Of a stretch of DNA of 64,000 nt, positions 39,240 to 54,042 are shown in pieces. Source of the stretch: Geosiphon pyriformis uo1. Taxonomy: Eukaryota > Fungi > Glomeromycota. The stretch's first letter is position 1. Each line of letters opens with the position of its first letter. The notes below the pieces were generated by a model. That model made no database searches, was not told the origin of the DNA, and saw nothing but the letters and a program-made list of their open reading frames with translations. The translations under genes and the position numbers were made by a program. Location: assembly GCA_016748015.1 (NCBI GenBank), contig JAAOMT010000480.1:124001-188000 (forward strand). Reading direction: 5' to 3'.

Positions 39240-40466
39240 GGCTGTCACATGATTAACTTAATAAGCTTTGAAAACATGATTACTTAAATGAGGTATTAGA
39301 GAGTTAATAATAGATAATAGTTGTAATTTTATTAACAGATTTACATTTTTTTAATAATTTGTTTCTTTACTTGTTATTGAAATTGGTTTCTAAGTATTTA
39401 ACAATGTTTTTTTTATTCACTTTGTTTTAAGAAAACCCATTTTTTTCATCTATGCAATTTTACTGAATTTTTTTATTTTTTTTACCTAATATCTATTCAT
39501 GACCAATATCATGAAAAACACAATTAGAGACATTTGGATTTACAATCTGTGTTTTTTTTATCTGAACTCGAAATTAATTTGATTCAGCAATAAAGCTAGG
39601 ACATTTATGAGACCTGTATATTTTACTTTAAGAATATCCAATAACATTAAAGAGATTAATATGCAATCTCTTAAATTTGATACAGTTATGCATTGCAATT
39701 TCTCAATGCCATTGTAAAAGTGTAGAAGGAATTAATGATTTAAGTGTTTTGTTAATTTTTTTAAGTATTGTATTATGGTTTTGATGTTGATTTGAAAATT
39801 TAGATCAAAAAATTACAATTTTTTCTTGGATTAGCTTGCAAACTTTAAGCTTCAATTGTAGCCATTGTTTTTTATCAGCAATTTCAATTAATTGGTAAAT
39901 AGAATGACACTGAGCAGACCAAATTGAAGCAAACATTCATTTATTTACAAGTTTTAATGAAGACCTATTGAAATAAATTTTAGTATAAAAGTTAATAATT
40001 GCTTGTAAATAAAAAAAGACTTGTTTATACTTTAATCTGAACATGAGATCTGTTTTATTTTGGGCCCATTCTAAGTAATCTTCAACAGATAGATTTTCCT
40101 TGAAAACAACATATAGTCACATTAATTCAGAAATTATTATATGTCTATATATATTACATATCAAATCTCATGACTTATAATAATCAGGACATTTTTTAAA
40201 AAACAGCAGTTGACTTTTACTCTAATATTCTTTCCATTGTGTAAAATATTTTATATCAATATTTTAATTCAGTTCAACAAATGTTTTTAGCATATTTATC
40301 TCTTTATAAAGAATATTCAGAACCAATATAAGTCAAGAAAAGTCTTTTTTGATTATTTGTATATGATAATAAAGTACTCTATTATATGTTACTACAACTC
40401 ATCTATAGCTATCATCTTTAATGTCAGATAGTTCTTTAATATGCTCAAAAATTTTTTGAATATTGG
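39240..40466 (-). pseudogene. Putative transposase (DUF6589/Academ-like), C-terminal part
   Basis: Reads NIQKIFEHIKELSDIKD..VVVTYNRVLY..LILVLNILYKEINMLK..KKCPDYYKS. Reversing transitions gives VVVTCDGVPY..PGxLHEEMN. In frame with 55687-57214 across the TTGG TSD. Family assignment is from recall. Confidence 0.6.
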
Positions 40467-41689
40467 TGTTATTTATAGAATATAGGAATTATATATTAGT
40501 ATACAAATTAGCCAATCAAAATAAGACACAATAAAAGTGAAATTCCAGAATTTTTCTTGAAGAATTACAGAATTTCACGAATTTTAGAATTTTTGGCTAG
40601 AAAATTGAGAAATTTAAAAAATCTTGTATAACAAAATTTATGTATATATAATGGTAGCATTAGAAGCAAAAAAGACAGAATCCTTAAAATGAGAATTCTT
40701 AGTTTAGAATCTTCAGTTTCAATTCTTTATCTATCTCTTTATATAATAGTATTTTATGACTTGAAATGAAAACATAAAAATATTAATAAAATACTTATTA
40801 ATTATTACAATCCATATTTCCACTATTAACAATTCATGTTAATAGTTATTAATACTTAACTACATTGAACTAATAGCTCTTGATCATGGTTATTAACAGA
40901 ATACTAACTTTTCTTGCCTTGGCTTATCTCCTTATTCTTTTTTTTTATTTTTATTCTTTTTTTTTATTTCTTTTTTTTTTTGTTTTATTGTAGATTTACT
41001 AATTGATTAAAAAAATAATACACAAGATACTGTTATTAGAATATAGCACTAATAAAAGACCCAGGAATAAGAGTGAACACTTAAGATTGAGGATAGCTTA
41101 CTAAAAAATTACTAGTCATTAAGCTGATATTACCTAAGTAAAAAAACTAATCCAAAGTTATGAAGAAACATGACCAAAATGTGACATAATACAAAATAAC
41201 ACACAATAATATTGGATAATACATTATAACTTAGGATAATGCAGGATAATGTGTTATAACATGAGATAATACAGAATAATATGTAATAATACCAGATAAT
41301 ATATTATAATATAGAATAACTAGTAATAATGTAGAAGAATGAAGCAATAACAGAAATAACAAAGCAATCAGAAGCAATCCTGTAGAACAAAAAGAATGTA
41401 TAAAAATAAGTAGCTGTAGAAATTAGAAAGACATTCAGAGAGAAAATTAGACTTTCAGAAATTAATTAGACTCTCAAAGTCAATTAAACTCATAGATCAT
41501 AATTATTAAATACTTCTCCTTTCAAGAATAGTTGCTATCAACTAAAATAAAATTATATTAATAAAATATCTCTTCAATTTTTCAAATCCATGTTATTATC
41601 TACTACTTAATCTGCTGGCACAATAGTTCTTGATTATGGCTATTGACAGGACACTTATTTTTTATTTTATTTTTTATTTTATTTTTTCT

Positions 41690-41765
41690 TTGTTTTTTTA
41701 TTTTTTTTTATTTTTTTTATTTTTTTTTATTTTTTTTATTTTTTTTTATTTTTTTTTATTTATTT
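41690..41765 (+). repeat. (T7-8A)n microsatellite in the LTR T-rich tract
   Basis: Direct reading; length differs among the three D LTRs. Confidence 0.85.
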
Positions 41766-42292
41766 TCTCTTGTGGAGTGACAACATAGTAAAATTGACTG
41801 TTTAGGAATAGATTTCATGATAGTTTAATAAAAGAGAAAGATTTTTTCTAAGTTTGAATATTAATATTATCTTGATAGCTTATCAAAAGGACAAAAAAAT
41901 ACTACCAGACTCTAATAACTGCACTCATTAATTCAGAAAAAATAGCTTACATTATTTACAAAAAGTTGCAATACCACAAAACATATCTTTGTGCCTTATA
42001 ACTAAAGAACTCAATGGGTAAATTCACAATCAGTAGATAAGATCTTTAGAGACTGATAATCAAGACTAAGTTAATGGAATTACATAGAACACACATTACT
42101 AATAATTGAGAGCACCAAACATTACCATTTCTCTACTCCACTAAGTATACCTGTAACATTTGGTGCTCTCTGTGAAGTTATAAAATCCACAGAGACAGAG
42201 TATCCCAGAAATTCACAAAAGTAAAAAACAAAGAGAAAACAAGAGAAAAATCACTTAGAATTTATGAAATCCTTATTTTAGCATTTTCTTTG

Positions 42293-42780
42293 AAAAACTT
42301 GTTAATTAAAACACTGATTATTCAAGATCTGATTGTTAAAACTCCAAACATTCAAAAATTACTGTTGATAAATTTGTTAAAAACTTGTTAAACTAAAACT
42401 CTAATTATTCAAAACCTGATCATTAAAACCCTAAACATTCAAAAATTACTATTGATAAACTCATTAAAACTTGTTAAATTAAAACTCTAATTATTCAAAA
42501 TCCGATTATTAAAACTCCAAACATTTGAAACTTATCTTTGATAAACTTGTTAAAACTCCAATTATTCAAGACCCAATTGTTCAAAAACCCAAACATTCAA
42601 AACCCGATAATTCCAAATCTGCTATCATACAAAAAAACTTACCATTAACAAAACTCATTACCTCTAGCAATTCAAACTTCAGGAATTATTCAAAAACCTG
42701 AACATTCAAAGTCTGATAAATTTCAAATCTCACTATTATACAAAAAAACTTACTAATAAAACCTAATTCTTACAATACTA
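42293..42780 (+). repeat. Imperfect ~85-bp tandem repeats in D internal region (second set at ~44408-44880)
   Basis: Repeating AAACTTGTTAAA..CTGATTATTCAA..AACATTCAAAA..TTGATAAA unit. Confidence 0.75.
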
Positions 42781-45700
42781 ATAAATTAGCAAAACTTATC
42801 TAACAGCCCTGAGTTAGAATATTGGGATGTAGTTACAATTCACTTCCATGCATCATATATTCAAAGAAGAGCCAATTAGCAAGAACAAATGGAAATCAGA
42901 ATTGAAACTTAATCCCAATTCAAACTTTACTAATGATAACAACAATTCAAACTCCACTGATGATGACAATGATTCAAACTCCAACAATTCAAACTTTATT
43001 AATAATGATAACAATTCAAACTCCGCCAACAACAATTCAAACTCTGCTTCAAACATTAAACAATATATTATACTTCTAGATCTTACAATGGAGCAAGAAT
43101 TAACTTAATTCAGTAATAATAATAAGAGCATACAAATACAAGATTTAAACTTGGATATTTTGGACAGACCACTATAGTTAAAAAATTCCAGTTATGTATA
43201 AAATTAGATTTAAAAATAGCAATAGAAATTACAGCAACAACATTGATACAAAAGAGAAATTTATGATTTTACAGGAGCTCAATTCTAAAAGAGAGGGATA
43301 ATATTATCCAAGTAGAAAAACTGATCCAAAGTTATAAAAAAACGTGACCAAAACATAACATAACCCAGAATAGCATACAATAACATTGAATAATGTGTTA
43401 TAACTTAGGATAATGCAGGATAACATGTTATAATATGAAATAACACAGAATAACATATAATAATACCAGATAATATATTATTATATAGGATAACTAATAA
43501 TAATGTAGAAAAACAAAGCAATAACAAAAATAACAAAGCAATTAAAAACAATCCTGTAGAACAAAAAAAATGTATAAAAATGAGTAGCTGTAAAAGTTAG
43601 AAAAACATCCAGAAAGAAAATTAGACTTTCAGAAATCAATTAAACTTTCAAAATCAATTAGACTTACAAATTATAATTATTAAATACTTTTCCTTTCAAG
43701 AATAGTTGCTATCAACCAAAATGAAATTAAATTAATAAAATATTTCTTCAATTCTTTAAATTCATGTTATTATCTATTATTTAACCTGTTGGCACAATAG
43801 TTCTTAATTACAGCTATTAACAGGACACTTATTTCTTATTTTATTTTTTCTTTATTTATTTATTTATTTTATTTATTTATTTTTATTTATTTTTTCTTGT
43901 GAAGTGACAACATAATAAAATCAACTGTCTGGAAATTCACTTTGTAAAAGAGAAAGACTTCTCCTAAGTTTAGATATTAACATTATCTTGATAGCTTACC
44001 AAAAGGACAAAAAAACACCATCAGACCCTAATGACTGTGCTTATTAACTTGAAGAAGATAGCTTATATTACTTACAAGAAGTTGCAATACTGTAAAACAT
44101 ATTTCTGTGTCTTATAACCAAAAAATTTGACAAATAAATTCACAACCAGTAGATAAGATCTTCAGAGACTAATAATCAAAACTAAGTTAATGAAATTATA
44201 CAGAACATGCATTACTAATAATTAAGAGCACCAAATTTTATCATTTTTTTACCCCATCAAGTATACTCATAACATTTGGTGCTCCCTGTGAGATTATAAA
44301 ATCTACAGAGACAGAGCACTTCAGAAATTCACAAAAGTGAAAGACCAAGAGAAAACAAAAGAAAAATTACTTAGGATTTATAAAATCCTTATTTTAGCAT
44401 TTTTTTTGAAAAACTTGTTAAATTAAAATGCTGATTATTCAAGACCCAATTATTAAAACCCTGAACATTTGAAAATTACTATTGATAAATTCATTAAAAA
44501 CTTGTTAAACTAAAACTCTGATTATTTAAGATCTGATTGTTAAAACCCCAAACATTCAAAAATTACCATTGATAAACTTGTTAAAACTTGTTAAATTAAA
44601 ACTCTGATTATTCAAAACCCAATCATTAAAACTCCAAATATTCAAAACTTACCTTTGATAAACTTGTTAAAACTCCGATTATTCAAGATCCAAACATTCA
44701 AAAACCCAAACATTCAAAACCTAATAATTCCAAATCCGCTATTATACAAAGAAACTTACCATTGACAAAACTTGTTAAACCTTTAGCAATTTAAACTCCA
44801 GAAATTATTCAAAAACCCAAACATTTAAAGTCCAATAAATTCTAAACTCCACTATCATACAAGGAAACTTACCAATAAAACCTAATTCTCACAGTACTAA
44901 TAAATCAGCAAAACTCATCTGATGGTCCTGAGTCAGAATATTGGGACATAGTTACAATTTCACTCTTATACATCATATATTCAAAAAAAAGTTAATCAGT
45001 GAGAACAAATGAGAATTGAAATTAAAACTTAATCTCAATTCAAACTCTACTAATGATAACAACAATTCAAACTCTGCTAATGATGACCATGATTCAAACT
45101 TTTCTAATGACAATGATAATTCAAACTCTGTCAACAACAATTTAAACTCCACTTCAAACACCAAACAATATATTATGCTTTTAGATCTTATAATGGGGCA
45201 GAAATTAACTTAATTCAGCAATAATAATGAAAACATAAAGATATAAGATTTGAACTTGGATATTCTGAACAGACTACTATAGTTAAAAAACTTCAGTCAT
45301 GTATAAAATTAGATTTAAAAATAGCAATAGAAATTACAGCAATAACATTAATACAAAAGAGAAATTTATAATTTTGCAGAAGTTTAATTCTAAAAGAGAA
45401 GAATAATATTACCCAAGTAGAAAAACCAATTCAAAGTTATAAAAAAATGTGACCAAAATGTGACATAACACAGAATAGTACACAATAACATTGAATAACA
45501 CATTATAACTTAGGATAACACAGGATAATGTGTTATAATATGGAATAATACAGAATAACATGTAATAACACCAGATAATATATTATAATATAGAATAACT
45601 AGAAATAATATAAAAAAATGAAGCAATAACAAAAATAACAAAGCAATCAAAAGCAATTCTGTAAAACAAAAAAAATATATAAAAATGAGTAGCTGTAGAA

Positions 45701-46699
45701 GTTAAAAAAACATTCAGAAAAAAAATTAGACTTTCAGAAATTAATTAAACTCTTAGAGTCAATTAGACTCACAAATCATAATTATTAAATACTCCTCCTT
45801 TTAAAGATAGTTGTTATCAACCAAAATAGAACTATATCAATAAAATATCTCTTCAATTCTTCAAATCCATGTTATTATTTACTACTTAACTTGCTGGCAC
45901 AATAGCTCTTGATTATGGCTATTGACAGAATACTTATTTCTTATTTTATTTTTTTTATTTTTTTATTTTTTTTATTTTTTTTATTTTATTTTTTATTTTC
46001 TCTTGTGAAGCAACAACATAGTAAAATTGACTGTCTGGAAATAGACTTCATGATAGTCTGGTAAAAGAAAGAGACTTCTCCTAAGTTTAAATATTAATAT
46101 TATCTTGATAACTTACCAGAAGGACAAAAAGACACTACCAGACCTTAATAATTATGTTTATTAGCTCAGAGAAGATAGTTTACATTACTTACAAGAAGCT
46201 GCAACACTGTGTCACATATTTCTGTGCCTTATAACCAAAGAACTTGACAGGTAAATTCACAATTAGTAGATAAAATCTTCAGAAACTAATAATCAAAACT
46301 AAGTCAATGAAATTATGCAGAACATACATTACTGATAATTGAGAACACCAAACATTACCATTTCCCTACTCTATCAAGTATACTTATAACACCAAGAAAA
46401 AAATTAACAGAATTGTGATTCCAGGAAGTAACAGACAATAAAGCACACCAATTTGAGAATTGGAAAGAAACTAGAAATATCACCAAAGGATATTACTATT
46501 GAATCTCTGTTTATTATACAAAGAACTTAACTAAAACCTTCAGATCACCAAAACCTTTAAATATTACCAACACAAATCAGCTATTGAGTACCAAGTTACA
46601 GGTTTGTTATTTGTTTCAACACTCCAAATAATTTTTTATAACATTTGGTGCTCCCTGTAAAATATAATTTTACAGAGAACCAGCACCAACAACAATTAT

Positions 46700-49600
46700 T
46701 TAAAGGTTGCAGAATCAGAAAGAAAAAGAACAAACCATCTAAAATTTGCCAAATTTTTATTTTAACACTACTGTCAATACTTGGGATTAACCAACAATCA
46801 ACTATTAGCAGAATTAGTCTTCAACTTTTATGTCAACAAAAGAATTAAATATTTCTTAAGAGAACCAGTAAATCCAGAATTAGTAAGAAGAAACTTTTAT
46901 AGTGAATTAATTCAATATACCAGCTTATCATTAAATTACAACTTTATACCAATTATTACTGAAATCAACAGAAAAATTAAAAAGCACATTCAATAAACAT
47001 TTCCTATTACCTATGTAAAAAAAGGCAAAGAAAAACTACAAACACTAGCAGAAACCCAAGGCAAATACAATTACCTATGTGGAAGAAACAAAAAATTGAT
47101 TCATCAGTTAATCTATTATATTATCACACTTCCAGAAATACCATCAATATAATATTAACAAATGCATCCACAACAAACATAACAACTCTATTAAACAGAC
47201 TTTTGTTCCAAAATAAACAGAAAAAAGCAAAGTTATTAGGAATCTACAGTGATTATTTTGAGAGATTTAAATTACAATTTCCAATGCCATTAGAATTTCA
47301 ATTACCACTACCTTAACCAAATTTTGGAACTGCTAGTTCTTGAAAAGTAATGAAATCAGAAAAAAAGGAAGATAAAAATCAGGAATTTAACTATCAAAAC
47401 CTAATACTGAAAACCCCAGAAATACAAACTCTGATCATTTCAACTTAGCAAAATCAGAACAATCTAAACACTATTCCTATTGTTCTCTAAAACTTACCTT
47501 CAATAATTATGATTGATTCACCACCAGTTGCATCAATTGCCAAACAACAACAACAACAACAGCCATAACTACTACCTTAGCAACAACTTCAACAGCAACT
47601 ACAATCACAACAACAACTATTACTAGTACTAATGGTTTATGCTCCAATTATAAAACTTAAGAAATTTACTGGCAAAAAAAAGAATATGCAAGTTTGGCTC
47701 AACAATGTGGAAAAAACCATTACAGCCAATGAATAAAACAATGTTAGAGCATTATAGACAATCCCATATTTTTTTTAGGATACTACCAATTCATAGTATT
47801 AAAGCCTAATCCAAAAACTTCAAGATTTTAATATATTTAAAGTTGAATTTTTGAAATATTTTAGTAACAATAATAGCATCAATCATTTAGCAAATACCTT
47901 TACCACTATTAAACAAGAAAAAACTGAAGCTGTTACTACATACTTAGAATGTTTCTATCACAATCTGTGCCAAATCTAAGCCATCAATGCCAATTATTTT
48001 ACTATAACACAAATCTTGAATCAGTTTATTTACAGATTATGCAGTAGTATTATATAATACATATATCTATTACATCCAGTAACACTACAAGTAGCAATCA
48101 CTCATGTCAAAGACTTTGAATTAGCTGAACTTGAAGCCAACCATGTCCAAGCCATAAATCTAGTGATAAACAAATCATCTAACTTGGACTCAAAATTAAA
48201 ACAATTCAGTAACTCAATTAACCAAAAAATAAAAGGATACTTAGCTAACAACAATCAGACAATATATCAATCACCACAATATTATGACAATTCCAGAACC
48301 TTCTACCAGTACCAAAATCAGTCACATTCTGCATCATTGTCAAATTATAATCATGACAACAAGAGACATGTATCTGTTACAATTGTAATAAACAAAAACA
48401 CATTAGAGTTAACTGCCACACTAAAATTAATAATCAACAATTAGGAAATCAACATTAAAACTCTGATCACTAATTTCAAACTCTAAACTACTAACCAAAT
48501 TAAGATCAATATTAACTTCATTATTCACAAATAATACAACAACCAATATACACATCTCCAATCTATTAAAACCCAGTTCCAGTTATTTATCAACCACAGC
48601 CACAAGTAATTTATCATCTCCAATTAATTCCAATACTGCCACAAAACCCAGTTCAAATATCTAGAAATCTAAGACCAAGAATTACTCACACTCAAAAAAA
48701 CTGGTAATTAGCAATAATAATACATCAACCAATCTCCAGCTTATCACAACAGCCATTAGGATCACACCAATAGAGTTTGGGAACTGAATACAAACAAAAC
48801 CCAAATTCCCAAAACTATTTAAGTCTCCTGATTATCCCAAAAGACACCAAATTCAGTAAACAGAAACCCAATCAAACCCAACTATTTACCAACAATATAC
48901 CTCCAGCAACTATCATTAAAAATAAATTACTTACTGCCATTTTCCCTTTTAAACTAGAGGAACCAGTCAAAATACCACTATTCAGTAAAGTTACTCTTGA
49001 ATCAAAATCTATTACTGCAATGTATACAGATGCCAAAGTTAATGATCAGTTTATTAAACTGATCCTAGACAATAGATCAGCCAACAGCATTATCATATAA
49101 CAACTTATGGACCAATTAGGTTGCCAAATTGATTGCACTGCTAGTACCAGAATTATCACCACCAATGGAATGATGAAAATGTCTATTGGTGAGATTGATG
49201 ACTTTCCATTTGTAGTTAATGACATTATTGCACCCATAAAAGTTCTTGTCATAGAAGCCACAAAGTACTAAACATTAGTTGGAAATAACTGGTTGTTTAA
49301 AACCAACACCATATTTGACTGGAATACTTAAAAATTACAATTAAGCTAGAACAGTTAGAACATTTGGGTACCAGTCACTTGTGGTTATTTCAAAACTACT
49401 ACCAACCAACAACTATTAATCAAGCTTAAGGAAAAAAAAAAACCTACCTAGAAAACCTACCAAGTCTTATGAGCTAACACCAATCACAACAAATTACCAC
49501 TAATACTCTTTTGAGATAACAAGAGAAAAAAAAAAAAAAGATAAGTCACAAAAAAACACCACCACCAATAAAACCATTAGTGGCTAAGGAAGATCTTATT

Positions 49601-52572
49601 TGATTAACACCAGACCAGAACCACTATATATTCTACTTAAGTGCAAAAACTATAAGAAAAAGCTGTCCTCTATGGGAGCCTAGATTGCATTTGACAAAGA
49701 TTACTGGACATATATGCACTATTACTATAAGTTATGCCATTGTAAACATTATGGTTATTTAAAAAGACAAAAAAAATAGGACAATAAACTATGTCTTGCT
49801 TATGAAGAAACCTTACTTAATAAAGAAATATAGAACAACATTCTTAGTTGAAAAGAAATGTACAATGTTTTATGTTAATATACAATCTTTATAAGTGATT
49901 GGATCAGTAAAGAAACACTTTTCAATGCCACATGAAACTGTGCTTTGTCATGCTTAGACAGTTATTTACATAATAAAAACAAAATTTGAAGAATAGCAAG
50001 TATCAAAGTCAAAGATGTTTTGTCCAGCAAAATATTAGAGATTAAGAATAATTTACTAAAACCAGTAAAAACTTTTTTTATTCTCAATTTCGATGTATTT
50101 GTTAATATTAAAGCTGGCTCAAAAAAATTCCATAAACACTATCAGAATTTAATGCCAATCTGACAAGAACAGGAGCAATATTTAAAACAATTAAACACCC
50201 AACTATGTAACTATTGTTTAATACCATGTGACTTTTACTATTGTAATAATTTTGATCTCATTTACAACCTACCATCATGCATAATATATTTGATCTCTGA
50301 AGAAAAAGAACCAATTAGCAACTACAAAGCAGAATCAAAATTACCACCTAATTGCAATTCAAACTCTGACAACAATAATAATAACAATGATTTCAGCTCC
50401 ATTCAAAATAACAACAATGACATTTATGATTCAAACCCCAATTCAAACTTCGAACAATATATTATACTTCTTAATTCTTCTAAGAAGCAAGAACTTAAAT
50501 GGTTTAATGATAATAATAAGAGTATTATGGCAGAACATACATATAATACCAATACAGAATTTGATCTTAAATATTCTAGAAAAGATGCCATTAAATTGAA
50601 ACCACATTCATGCATCTGTATTGATCTAAAAGTAGTACTGAAAATTCCTATTTCTGGTTCAAATAGCTCAGCTAGTATTAATGGAAAATAAAGAGAAATT
50701 AAAAATAACAGCAAAAAGGATAAGTGAATTCAAATCTATAAATAGAATAGCTGTACCAGTTAATATGACAGAAGAAAAAACTATTGACAAGAAAGAAATT
50801 ATCTCTACCAGTTAATCAATTTTTATTTCATCATATAATTAATATTTAGTAGTTATAGAAAGAAAAGTAAGAGATCAACCCCAAATTTTTGAAGCAGAAG
50901 CCACTATTTGTGAATCAAAAGAGATTGCCATCACCAATCTTTATATACTGGCTAAAAGCTACAAACATATTAAAATTCTTATCTACAATACAACTGAAAA
51001 TCCTATTGAAATACCAAAATGAACTACTATTAGATACTTAAGTATTAAAGTTAAAGACCAATTATCAAGCATCATTCCAGATTTTCTACAACTGTGTAGA
51101 TATGTAGATATTATATCACAAACAATATATGGACAAGAAAAATGTTATTTGTTCCAATCAAAACAGTTGGAACAAATAAACTTAGGAAACTTAGACCCAT
51201 TTCAGCAAATGCAGCTCAAGATGCTATTCAACAATTTTATAGATATTTTTGCCAGTAAAAATGAATTTGGCAGAACCAATATCATCCAGCATCAGATTAA
51301 GACTAGAGATATTATGCCAATTAAACAATGAGCATATGGAATACCACCAGCAAGCTATGAAATCATTTAACAAAAAATCAATTGAATGTTAGACAATGGG
51401 TTAATTCAATTATCAATGAGTTTATGATTATTATTAATAGTACTAATTTACAAGAAGAATAAAAAAATCTGTTTTTGTGTAGATTACAGAAAACTCAATA
51501 GTATTATTCATGGAGACAGCTATTCAACTTCATGAATCTAAGAATTGTTTGATGCTTTTAGAAGAAAAAAATAATTCTTCACTTTAGATTTGAACAGTGG
51601 TTATTAGCAAGTAGCCATAAAACCAGAAGACAAAAAAAAAACTGCTTTTACAATCAGAGAAGAGAATTTTAAGTTTGATGTTATGCTATTTGGTTTAATT
51701 AATGCACTAGCCACTTTTTAATAACTTATGAAAATTGTTTATATTGGACTACTATGAAAATTAGTTATTGTGTATTTGGATAATACCAATGTGTTTTCAA
51801 AAACATTCAATGATCATTTTTATCATTTACAGCAAGTATTTGAAAAACTAAGAAGAGCTGAATTAAAACTAAATGCAAACAAGTGTTTCTTTGGCAAAAC
51901 AGAACTGAAATTTTTGAGACATATTATGAACAAAAACAGAATCAAAATGGATCCAGACAAGATTAAGATCATTAAAAACTTTCCAGTACTAATAAATTTT
52001 ACAGAATTAAGAACATTCTTGGAATTTGCTAAATACTATTGTTGTTTTATCCAAAACTTCTCCAAACTGGCTCAACCACTTCATTAGTTACAAGCCAAAA
52101 ATATGAAATATGAATGAACAAAAACCCAGTAAGAAACTTTTAACATTTTAAGAAAAAAGCTCATTTAAGCACTAGTATTGATCTATTTAGATTACAACAA
52201 ACTATTTATTATTATTATCAATGCATCTGGTCAAATATTAGAAGCCATACTATCTCAAAAAAAACCAGATAGAAGAGAACACTTAATAGCATATGCCAGC
52301 CAAAGCTTAAGTCTAGTTGAAAAGAACTATAAAACTTCAGCATTAAAATATTTGGCTATCTATTGGACTGTTATTAAATAGAAAAATACTTAAGTCAAAA
52401 GTTTGATGTATATACTAATTACAAAGGATTGACATCAATCCAAAAGCAAAAATTTGGAGATAATTACTATGTCAGATAGAAAATAGAACTTTCATTATTT
52501 AAATATACAATACATTATAAAAAAAAAAAAAAAAGAAATACCAATGGTTTGTTATAAATAAGACAAATCTAA
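46700..52572 (+). pseudogene. E Gag-PR-Cys-rich-dUTPase (internally deleted)-RT-RH
   Basis: AMYTDAKV..LILDN (~49020-49075); FDLKY dUTPase start with a deletion near 50648; FCVDYRKLN; YLDN; IAYASQSL; TAA 52570-52572. Start approximate. Confidence 0.87.
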
Positions 52573-52602
52573 GAACATTTTAATCCAAAAATATAACAAA
52601 AA

Positions 52603-53998
52603 ATGAATACACAAATATATTAACAACTCTAACACTATATTAATACCCAGCAGTTTAAGAAAAAATTATCTTAAAAGGAACAAAACAACATAAAACAACA
52701 ATTAAAATATTTTATTACTTATTAAAATATATTATATTAAAAAAACAGAAAGGATCCAGATCAACTACTCAAAGTAATCACAGAACCAAAAAGAAAAACA
52801 ATACTATACAACATGCACTTAAATCTAACAGCAGACTATTTTCATAAAGAAACAACTATAAAAAGAACCAGAAAAAAGTATTATTGGCCATTAATGTATC
52901 CAAACATCATCCAATACATTCAAAATTGTAATGCTTGTTAGAAAAGAGAAGAAACAAGACCCAATAAACTATTAAGACCAATCAAAGTAGGACAACTATT
53001 TAATAGAATTAGAATTGACTTAGTCAGACCATTAATAATAACCAGCAAAGACAATTAGTATATAATAGTAGTCATGGACTATCTCACAAAATAGCCAGAA
53101 GTAAAAGCAATTCAAAAAGCAGATGCAGAATTCATAGCCAAATTCGTTTATCAAGATTTGATTTGTCAACATAGATGTCCAAAAAAATTGCTATCAAATC
53201 AAGGAACTCACTTTGTAAACAAAACATTAACAGAATTAAGCCAAAGATTTAGAATTAAAAGATTATTATTATTATCATATCATCTATAAACAAATAGTTT
53301 AGTGAAAAAGTTCAACAGAATATTGTGTAAAGCAATTGCCAAAATCAGTCAAAAAAACCAGAACAAATAAGATTTGTTTATATCATCCATGCTATTTGCT
53401 TATCAAACAATAAAACAAAATACTACACAAACAACATTATTTAAACTTGTTTATAGTAGAACAGCAATATTACCAGTTAAAATAAATATTAACATATATC
53501 TAACAGAACCAATAACAGAAGCCAATTTACAAAAAACATTGCTGAAAAAAACATACAAATTAATGGAAACTCTAAAAAACAAAAGATGAAAAGCAGTTAA
53601 GAATATTTAAAAGTCATAAAAAAAACAAAAAAAATGGCATGATAACCAATTATCAGATAAACCAGTTAAATTTAGAATTAGAGACAAAGTACTCTTATAT
53701 CATATCAAAGCAGAAAAACAATGGAGTGGAAAAGTTAAACCCAAATGGAATGGACCATTTCACATAGAAGAAATTCTAGAAAATAGAGCTTATAAATTAA
53801 AATAGAACAACAAAATATTAGCTAAAGCAGCACATAGAGATTAACTGAAATTATATTATAATACAGCATTATTATCTACCAATAATATTTTACAACTGGG
53901 AGTACAACAAATACTAATCCAACCAGATGAGATTTTATGAGATCTAGAATTAATCATAGTCATCAATACAAACATGTCAAATTAATTAAACAGAATAG
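52603..53998 (+). pseudogene. E integrase, separate ORF
   Basis: ATG MNTQIY; IDLV; NQGTHF; KWNGPFHIEE (GPF motif). Confidence 0.85.
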
Positions 53999-54042
53999 TA
54001 TATAAAGACACAATAGATGTGACTAAAAGCAATAATAAAAAG

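Larger units (their letters stand above)
41128..46391 (+). mobile_element. Tandem non-autonomous LTR element D (LTR-int-LTR-int-LTR), LARD/TRIM-like
   Basis: LTRs 41128-42158, 43302-44274, 45407-46391; two ~1.13-kb internals, each with PBS and PPT; TSD CTGA/CCAA (from CCGA); empty site visible in the E 3' LTR at ~55416. Confidence 0.9.

Noticed and set aside
42293-42780. CRISPR-like array
   Set aside because: Degenerate tandem repeats without unique spacers, eukaryotic LTR context, no cas genes.
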